This document shows, one piece after another, positions 57,602 to 64,000 of a stretch of DNA of 64,000 nucleotides. The notes beneath the pieces are model-generated. The model worked only from the letters and a program-made list of their open reading frames with translations, was not told where the DNA came from and made no database searches. This DNA comes from Oscillospiraceae bacterium (GTDB lineage: Bacteria > Bacillota > Clostridia > Oscillospirales > Butyricicoccaceae): assembly GCA_015068285.1 (NCBI GenBank), contig SVKW01000001.1:134-64133 (forward strand), read 5' to 3'. Numbering within the stretch: position 1 is the stretch's first letter; each line of letters opens with the position of its first letter. The position numbers and the translations under genes are program-made.

Positions 57602-60163
57602 TTACGCCAGTATGATTTCCTTTAGTTTCAGCAGGTTATTGCCGTTGATATTGAGGAAAAACGGGGTGTTTGCAGGGATTCCGCCGTCATAAGTGCCGCA
57701 GTATTCGAGAAACTCCGCTGCCGACGATGTTTCATAGAACAAATCGGCGTCAGGCTCTGTAAACTGACGATTCCAGTCGACAAACTCGAAAACCGCGCCC
57801 GAAACCTTGAGTGAAATGCTTTCCTCAGTTTCGTTGTGGATATAATAGCCGCTCGGCAGGTCAAGTGCAGGTTCGAGCTCCAGCTCGGCAATGCGCTCGG
57901 TGTCGTCTGTTGTGATATACTCCACAGGGTCGACAACCATTGTGCTGCCGTCAAAGCTCTTTATCAACGCAGGGGTAAAACCACCCATATTTTCGGTAAT
58001 ATCAAGCAGAAGCTCTGCCCAAGGAATGTATTTGTTAATATAGTCCCTGCCTCTGCTCTGTTCAATATTTCTGGCATGAGCCTTTAATTCAGCATACCAC
58101 TCCGCGCCGCTTACATATTCTATCTGCGGAGTTTCATAAGTGACCTGTTTCACTATGTCGTCACAAACGCGGGCTATCACTTCCGCTTTAAGTCCAAAGC
58201 CAAAAACATTGGCTTCAAAGCCGCGAAAAGCATAACTTAAAGTATACTTATTCATAGATAATAACTGTTCGTATTCATCTTTGTGAGCTGAGATATACTT
58301 TTCCGTGCTTGAATGTTCAAGCGGCTCAGAAATTATAGTATTGAAAAGTCTGTCGATATTTTCGTCAGATGTGGTATCAAGGCTTTGCGGCGGCTGAAGC
58401 ATCATAATGTGTGTCAGAGGATATGACCTTTGAATTTCACCTGTATTATAGTCTACAATACTGTATGTCATATCTGCCCTGCACATGAAAATGCTTTCTG
58501 TTTTGCTGAGATAGCTTGCGTCGCTTCCGCCGCCTCCTGTTACCTTAAGCAACGAGTAATTTGTTCCATTTATATAAAGTCCTGCACCTATATCGCTGAA
58601 CCTCTTATTATCAGGATTATAATTGAAATAAGCACTCACACCATGAACTACATCCACTTCACCCGCAGTAGTGTTTATGGTTTCAAGAAGATATTCTGTC
58701 TGTATCCATTCTTTTTCAGAAGAAAAATATGTATTTTTAACTGTATCTTCTCTGATAAAGCCGACATTTTCCTTAAAATAGGCAATAATTCCGCCCCAAT
58801 CATCATTTTTATACATATCGTATGTATCGCCAAGGAACTTGTCGGTAATATTCTCTCCATCTTTATCGAAAACATTTTTCCTGCCGTTTCTGTAAAAATC
58901 ATTGAGAACATTTTTCAGCAAATCATAGGCTCCGTAGCTATCGCTCGCTTCGCTCAGCGGAAGCGTCGTAACTATCTTGTGGCTTGTATTATCAGCGTAA
59001 CGGTTTCCTTTAAGACTGTCAATAATATTTTCCATCAGTCCATCCGTGCCCGATTCCTTGATAATATCATGATACTTATTTATTTCATAATCGGTCAGCT
59101 GATGAGGATTCATGGCATAAGTGTATATATCACCGCTTATACCGTTATACTGCACCGCATATTTATTGAGCACATCGGCAACTGTCTGATATTTTTCTTC
59201 TGTGGTGCCCTTTTCAACGCCCGAAAAGCCTATCACAATGCATAAAACTGCGATAACGGCAACAACAGCCACAGCCCAGATGACATTCTTACGCTTATTT
59301 GCGATAGCCGTAATGCGCTCCTTCATCTCTTTTGCGCCGCCCGAAATCGTAGCCGCCATAGACAGGCGGTTATGAGGGCGGTTTTTCGCCATTTCGATGA
59401 GAGTAACGCCATAGTCTCTGCTGCCGTTTTCCCCCAGTATTTCAAGTGCAAGCTCATCGCAGGCAAGCTCGCCGTCACGCTTGGCTGTGAAAAAGCTGAG
59501 CCAGACGAGAGGATTCCACCACCACATTACGACACACACCATGCCGAGGAAGTTCCAGAGGTTGTCCCAATGGCGGTAGTGGCACATTTCGTGGGTGATG
59601 ACATTATTTATATGGCGCTCGTCACAGGCGGCTTCTGTCAGGTAAATCGCAGGCTTAATAACGCCGAAAAGGCATGGCGTTGTCAGCACATTTGTCTTAT
59701 AGACGGGCAGATTATGTGAGGTTTCAAGCTTTACTCTGTCCTTTTTAAGCCTTGTGTAAAGGCTTATATTTACATAGCTAAACCAGAGGGCAAGGACGCC
59801 TGCTCCTGCGATATGTACGATACTGAACACCTTCGCCCAGTCGATATTTTTCTCCACAGGCTGTGGGGAAACGGGCTGTGGCGGTGTTATATTTTCGATA
59901 GTCGGAACTTGGGAAATCTCCGGATTTTCCGCTGTTATCGGCGGATAATAGGTTTCTCTGTCTGCCGTTTCGCCGATGTCATGGCTTATCGGCAGAGGGA
60001 TTTCTATGCCAAGGTCAAAAATCGGCATTGGCATAAGCAGGCGCACCAGCACAATTAGCCACAGGGCGTAAATAAATCTGCGGCTTGTGCCTCTGGCGAA
60101 AAGAGCGCGGATGATAAAGACCGCGATTATGAGAAATGATGAGCCGAGGAAGTTTGTGAGCAT
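57602..60163 (-). CDS. BlaR1/MecR1-like M56 peptidase signal transducer with a large uncharacterised extracellular domain
   Basis: An N-terminal TM region with HEMCHYRHWDN (HExxH), then about 550 aa lacking penicillin-binding motifs on inspection. Confidence 0.8.
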   Translation of the reverse strand: MLTNFLGSSFLIIAVFIIRALFARGTSRRFIYALWLIVLVRLLMPMPIFDLGIEIPLPISHDIGETADRETYYPPITAENPEISQVPTIENITPPQPVSPQPVEKNIDWAKVFSIVHIAGAGVLALWFSYVNISLYTRLKKDRVKLETSHNLPVYKTNVLTTPCLFGVIKPAIYLTEAACDERHINNVITHEMCHYRHWDNLWNFLGMVCVVMWWWNPLVWLSFFTAKRDGELACDELALEILGENGSRDYGVTLIEMAKNRPHNRLSMAATISGGAKEMKERITAIANKRKNVIWAVAVVAVIAVLCIVIGFSGVEKGTTEEKYQTVADVLNKYAVQYNGISGDIYTYAMNPHQLTDYEINKYHDIIKESGTDGLMENIIDSLKGNRYADNTSHKIVTTLPLSEASDSYGAYDLLKNVLNDFYRNGRKNVFDKDGENITDKFLGDTYDMYKNDDWGGIIAYFKENVGFIREDTVKNTYFSSEKEWIQTEYLLETINTTAGEVDVVHGVSAYFNYNPDNKRFSDIGAGLYINGTNYSLLKVTGGGGSDASYLSKTESIFMCRADMTYSIVDYNTGEIQRSYPLTHIMMLQPPQSLDTTSDENIDRLFNTIISEPLEHSSTEKYISAHKDEYEQLLSMNKYTLSYAFRGFEANVFGFGLKAEVIARVCDDIVKQVTYETPQIEYVSGAEWYAELKAHARNIEQSRGRDYINKYIPWAELLLDITENMGGFTPALIKSFDGSTMVVDPVEYITTDDTERIAELELEPALDLPSGYYIHNETEESISLKVSGAVFEFVDWNRQFTEPDADLFYETSSAAEFLEYCGTYDGGIPANTPFFLNINGNNLLKLKEIILA

Positions 60164-60166
60164 AGT

Positions 60167-60544
60167 TTACTCCTTTCTCATGCTGTCGAGGATGGCGTAA
60201 AGCTCGTCGATATCCTCCTTTTTGAGACCGCCTGCCCCTGCCATGCTCGATATCATCATGCCGACAGAGCCATCGTAGACCTTGTTTAAAAAGTGACCTG
60301 TTTCCTGCATTTCTGCGTCATTTTTCGTTAAAATCGGGTAGAAAAACTTGTTTCTGCCCTTGTTTTCGGCGCGTACTGCGCCTTTCTCAGCCATTCGGCT
60401 GAGCATTGTGGAAACTGTGCCCTTCGTCCATTTTGTTTCGTCAAAAAGGATTTCGACCAGCTCTGTAAGGCTTTGAGGGGCGTTTTCCCACAGCTTCTGC
60501 ATGATTTTCCATTCGCCGTCCGAGAGGATTGGGTGGTTATTCAT
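60167..60544 (-). CDS. BlaI/MecI/CopY-family repressor
   Basis: 125-aa winged-helix protein: ...EWKIMQKLWENAPQSLTELVEIL...KGTVSTMLSRMAEKG... Confidence 0.88.
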   Translation of the reverse strand: MNNHPILSDGEWKIMQKLWENAPQSLTELVEILFDETKWTKGTVSTMLSRMAEKGAVRAENKGRNKFFYPILTKNDAEMQETGHFLNKVYDGSVGMMISSMAGAGGLKKEDIDELYAILDSMRKE

Positions 60545-60562
60545 AAATCAGACTCCTTTCAG

Positions 60563-60622
60563 GTTGACACTTGTCGACTTGTGTTTGATTTCACTATATC
60601 ACAAAGGTAGACATTTGTCAAC
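60563..60622 (-). promoter_or_regulatory. blaI-like promoter with two GACA-N2-TGTC operators
   Basis: On the minus strand: TTGACA, 17-nt spacer, TATAGT. Operators gttGACActTGTCgac (60563-60578) and gtaGACAttTGTCaac (60607-60622); the second overlaps the -35 element. Confidence 0.6.
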
Positions 60623-60671
60623 TATGAATTTGGACAAAATTAAACCCCTGATTTTCTCAGGGGTTTTGCTA

Positions 60672-61844
60672 TTATATAACCAAAATTTCTTTCTGCACAG
60701 GGCCGTAGACCGCGAGCTTTTTATCCTTTGTGATGTGGACATCATATTCAAGGCGGACACCGATTTTTTCAGTATAGATTCCCGGCTCGACAGAAAACAT
60801 CGTGCACGGAAGAAGTGTGCGGACATCGTGAGTTTCAAAATCGTCGAGATTTGCGCCGATGCCGTGACATTCGTGGCCGATGTTGTGGCCTGTGCGGTGC
60901 ATAAGATACTTATCCACGCCCTTTTCGGCGAAAAATGCCTGCAGACGGGCATCCACATCACAGCCGCGAATCGGCTTGTTTTCATCGAGATGAGTCTGTA
61001 TCATATCCCATGCAAGCTGACGGGCTTCGTTGACCATATCGAATATGCGCTGATACTCAGGGTCGATTTCCGCGCCCACATTCATGCACCACGAAACATC
61101 GTAATAGACGGCATTTTCATCGGGAAGTCTGCCAGAAATGTCGATAATAATTCGGCTGCCCTCTTTTATCTGGTAAGAGCCATGCTCCTCAGGCTCATAG
61201 CCCGGGTCGCTTGCATGGTCGTCCACGCCGAAAAACGGAGGGTCCATGTGGATTGGCTCATTGGCGATAAGCTCATTCATCTTCTGAAGCATCATCCATT
61301 CGTCGATGTATTCACCCTTGTCGACGCTTTCTCTTATCCACTTAAAGGTGTTGTCGAGGATGCGGTGAATGATAGCGCCAGCCTGACGATGGCTTTCTAT
61401 CTGCTCATCGGTAAGCACTGCGCCGAAATACTGCATAAGGTCGGCCGAGCAAATAAGCTCGACACCGAAGGATTTTATGTACTCGACAAGACCGCCGTCC
61501 ATTGTGGAAACTGTGGGCACATTGCCGTCTGGCGAATACTGGCAGGCGATTTTCATGCCCGGTTTAAACACCTGTGAAAGCACATTTTTCTGCCCTTTTA
61601 TGCCTGTGTAGAGCAGTTTTTCCCCCGGAAGATGGTCCAAAAGCAGAGGCTCGATTGCCGAAAGGATTTTCTTTGGCTCGCCCTGCTTTGGTATGAAATA
61701 GAAAAGTCTGCGTGTGCAAGCTCTGCCGCGAAGGGCGAGAAAATCCTTGGTTATATGGTCGTGACCGTGATAATCTGTGAAAAGCCAGCCGTCAAGGTTG
61801 TACTCGGCGAGAAGCTGCTGTATTTTTGCGATTTTTTCTGTCAT
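60672..61844 (-). CDS. M24-family Xaa-Pro aminopeptidase
   Basis: ...HRTGHNIGHECHGIG... and ...FSVEPGIY... pita-bread fold metal ligands. ATG at 61842-61844 after AGGTGG. Confidence 0.85.
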   Translation of the reverse strand: MTEKIAKIQQLLAEYNLDGWLFTDYHGHDHITKDFLALRGRACTRRLFYFIPKQGEPKKILSAIEPLLLDHLPGEKLLYTGIKGQKNVLSQVFKPGMKIACQYSPDGNVPTVSTMDGGLVEYIKSFGVELICSADLMQYFGAVLTDEQIESHRQAGAIIHRILDNTFKWIRESVDKGEYIDEWMMLQKMNELIANEPIHMDPPFFGVDDHASDPGYEPEEHGSYQIKEGSRIIIDISGRLPDENAVYYDVSWCMNVGAEIDPEYQRIFDMVNEARQLAWDMIQTHLDENKPIRGCDVDARLQAFFAEKGVDKYLMHRTGHNIGHECHGIGANLDDFETHDVRTLLPCTMFSVEPGIYTEKIGVRLEYDVHITKDKKLAVYGPVQKEILVI

Positions 61845-61853
61845 AATTGCCAC

Positions 61854-62417
61854 CTATTTCTTAATAATTCGGTGATAGGCATTCTTCACAGGCTTATAAA
61901 GCAGGGCAATGCCCACAACTGTGAAGGCTGAATTGATGAATGTTGCAGGAATTGCCGTAAGCTCGGCAATGAAAGCGGCGCCGAGAGAGCTGCCCATGAT
62001 TGTAAGCTCGATGGTATTCCATACAAGGTCGAGAACTGTGTTGGCGATGCCGTAAATCACCGAGCAGATGATGGCGTAAATGTATTCCTTTTTGCTGTCG
62101 CCGTCTGCCTTTTTGCAGAGGGCAAGGAAGATATAGCCGACGAGAAGGCACTTGATGACTGTGCAGCAGAATACGTTTGGAATTGCGTGTATATAGCCGT
62201 TCATAACGTCAAAAATCACATAGCCGATAACGCCTGCGATGGCGGCACGGACAGGACCGAGGCACACTATTGCAAGCATAACGAAAATGTGTCCGAAATG
62301 TACGAATGGAGTGCCCACAGCGGCAGGCAACGGGATTCGGAATGCCTGAATGCCCATAAATATGATTGCTGCAAAAAGAGCTGTTGCGGCGATGGATTTT
62401 GTATTTGTCTGTTTCAT
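61854..62417 (-). CDS. ECF-transporter S (substrate-capture) component, specificity unknown
   Basis: 187-aa, 6-TM protein, MKQTNTKSIAATALFAAIIFMGIQAFRIPLP... Confidence 0.7.
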   Translation of the reverse strand: MKQTNTKSIAATALFAAIIFMGIQAFRIPLPAAVGTPFVHFGHIFVMLAIVCLGPVRAAIAGVIGYVIFDVMNGYIHAIPNVFCCTVIKCLLVGYIFLALCKKADGDSKKEYIYAIICSVIYGIANTVLDLVWNTIELTIMGSSLGAAFIAELTAIPATFINSAFTVVGIALLYKPVKNAYHRIIKK

Positions 62418-62528
62418 AGATTCGCTCCTTTTTGGTGGTATGATTTAATTATAGCCCTAAACTGATACCTTTTAAAGTGGCAGTTTTGAGGTTTTTGTGG
62501 GTGTCAGTTTGTTTGGAAGCAAAGTAAA

Positions 62529-62570
62529 AAGCCGTCTGCAAGGGGGAATGCAAACGGCTTTTTTGCAGCT
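62529..62570. terminator. Bidirectional terminator downstream of clpB
   Basis: aaaaagccgtctgca-agggggaa-tgcaaacggctttttt. Confidence 0.7.
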
Positions 62571-62650
62571 TACGCTGCTTTGTATCAGGAGGACCGGGTG
62601 TCCGACCGCCTGCCAGCCTGTTGGCTGGGGAGTGTTTGAGAAAGGAAAGC

Positions 62651-64000
62651 TTAGTTGGATTTTACGGCGAGGGCATCGTTTTCGACGACAACTTCGATAT
62701 GGCTGCCGTCTGTGACTGTGCCTTCGATGATTTTTCTGCCGATGAGGGTTTCGAGGTTGCTCTGGATATATCTCTTGAGTGGACGAGCGCCGTAAATCGG
62801 GTCGTAGGCATTGTCGCAGATGTAATTTTTCGCCTCGTCGGAGAGGGAAATTGTCATCTGTCTGCCTTCAAGACGCTTACGCAGGCGGTTTACAAGGAGG
62901 TCGATAATCTGGTAAATCTCGCTCTTTGCCAGCGGCTTATAGAAGACGATTTCGTCCAGTCTGTTGAGGAATTCAGGCTTGAAGGAGCGCTTAAGAAGGG
63001 CTGTCATCTGCTCTCTTGTTTCCTCTTTTATCTCACCGTTTTCGCCGATACCGGAGAGAAGATATTCCGAGCCCAAGTTAGATGTCAATATGATAATTGT
63101 ATTCTTGAAATCGACCGTCTTACCCTTGGAATCTGTGATTCTGCCGTCGTCAAGCACCTGAAGAAGTGTGTTGAAAACGTCCGGATGCGCCTTTTCTATC
63201 TCATCGAAAAGCACGACGGAATAAGGCTTTGTGCGGACGGCTTCTGTAAGCTGACCGCCCTCTTCATAGCCCACATAGCCCGGAGGAGCGCCGATGAGAC
63301 GGGATACAGAAAACTTCTCCATATACTCCGACATATCGATGCGGACTATCGAGTTTTCATCGTCGAAAAGCTGCTCGGCAAGAGCCTTTGCAAGCTCGGT
63401 TTTGCCCACGCCTGTCGGACCTAAAAACAGGAAGGAGCCAATCGGGCGGTTAGGGTCGCCGATGCCTGCGCGGGAGCGGATTATGGCTTCTGTAACCTTA
63501 TTTACCGCCTCATCCTGACCGATTACACGGCTGTGAAGGGCTTTATCCAGATTCAGAAGCTTGTCGCGCTCAGATTCAACAAGGCGTGTGACAGGGATGC
63601 CTGTCCAGCGGCCGATGATTTTTGCAATCTCCTCCTCGGTGACATGGTCGCGGAGGATGGATGGGGAGGATGTGTCCTGAGCTTCGGACAGCTTTTTCAT
63701 AAGCTCAGGCAGCTTGCCGTATTTGAGTTCAGCCAGCTTTGTAAGGTCATATTCACGCTCAAGGCGCTCGATTTCAGCGTTGACAGCCTCGATTTCCTCC
63801 TTGATTTTGTGGACAGAGCCGATATTCGCCTTTTCATTGTCCCATTTTGCCTTCATTTCGGCATATTCTTCACGGAGGGAAGCCAGTTCTTTGCGTGTAT
63901 GCTCAAGATTCTGGATGGAAACGGCATCGGTTTCACGCTTGAGCGCCGCTTCTTCGATTTCATACTGCATGATTTTGCGGGAGATTTCGTCAAGCTCACC
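62651..64000 (-). CDS. clpB: ClpB chaperone, C-terminal part (gene continues beyond the window)
   Basis: Coiled-coil M-domain, NBD2 Walker A FLGPTGVGKTELAK, and sensor ...GARPLKRYIQ... The frame is open to the window edge. Confidence 0.93.
   Translation of the reverse strand, partial: GELDEISRKIMQYEIEEAALKRETDAVSIQNLEHTRKELASLREEYAEMKAKWDNEKANIGSVHKIKEEIEAVNAEIERLEREYDLTKLAELKYGKLPELMKKLSEAQDTSSPSILRDHVTEEEIAKIIGRWTGIPVTRLVESERDKLLNLDKALHSRVIGQDEAVNKVTEAIIRSRAGIGDPNRPIGSFLFLGPTGVGKTELAKALAEQLFDDENSIVRIDMSEYMEKFSVSRLIGAPPGYVGYEEGGQLTEAVRTKPYSVVLFDEIEKAHPDVFNTLLQVLDDGRITDSKGKTVDFKNTIIILTSNLGSEYLLSGIGENGEIKEETREQMTALLKRSFKPEFLNRLDEIVFYKPLAKSEIYQIIDLLVNRLRKRLEGRQMTISLSDEAKNYICDNAYDPIYGARPLKRYIQSNLETLIGRKIIEGTVTDGSHIEVVVENDALAVKSN

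Noticed and set aside
62418-62528. Riboswitch (preQ1, THF or TPP type) upstream of the ECF S-component gene.
   Set aside because: The putative -10 (TATAAT) lies only about 30 nt from the ATG, leaving no room for an aptamer. No known aptamer core was seen on the minus strand.
60501-63424. Plus-strand ORFs 60501-61577 (358 aa) and 62621-63424 (267 aa).
   Set aside because: They are antisense to the M24 peptidase and to clpB respectively, so they are shadow ORFs.

Overview
This 64-kb window looks like chromosomal DNA from a spore-forming, Clostridia-type Firmicute. That placement is inferred from spoIIGA-sigE, GGAGG-type ribosome-binding sites and gene content. Every call rests on reading the ORF translations and the raw sequence, with no database search. 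Non-CDS coordinates were counted by hand and may be off by 1-2 nt.

Gene content, left to right:
- A VOC-fold gene fragment, then a single-copy RAYT-like HUH/Y1 transposase.
- An 11-gene minus-strand purine operon: purE-C-F-M-N, a PurO-type IMP cyclohydrolase, a formyltransferase-only purH, a membrane protein, then purD-L.
- A UPF0597 / cysteine desulfidase-like gene and nrdJ behind three phased NrdR boxes.
- An LtaS-like sulfatase, a GNAT, ppiB, dsdA and a TauE-type exporter.
- An AT-rich islet with two paralogous secreted proteins, followed by a Cys-rich secreted peptide convergent with an RRNPP-like regulator.
- An APC permease, DegV, a MATE pump, spoIIGA-sigE, and feoA-feoB plus a small Cys-rich ORF missing from the track.
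- An EamA transporter and a YfcC-type carrier.
- A compact type IV pilus/Com-like locus.
- A cassette of a SARP/BTAD regulator with a degenerate GGDEF domain plus a small partner gene.
- An amidohydrolase, a Fe-S hydro-lyase beta subunit, tRNA-Arg(CCG), and two paralogous membrane-tethered XRE regulators flanking a DUF4418-like/FtsX/ABC module.
- BlaI/BlaR1-like genes, an M24 peptidase, an ECF S component and partial clpB.

The most striking unexplained structure is in the intergenic DNA. About 19 intergenic regions are filled with a combinatorial family of GC-rich hairpin modules, resembling REP/BIME elements. At least 18 of the hairpins carry a CTACA tail (reverse complement TGTAG). Their stems co-vary while their loops stay conserved. 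One copy lies, with an exact 26-nt match, inside the RAYT-like gene itself.

No CRISPR array, rRNA gene, prophage or recognisable defence genes were seen.
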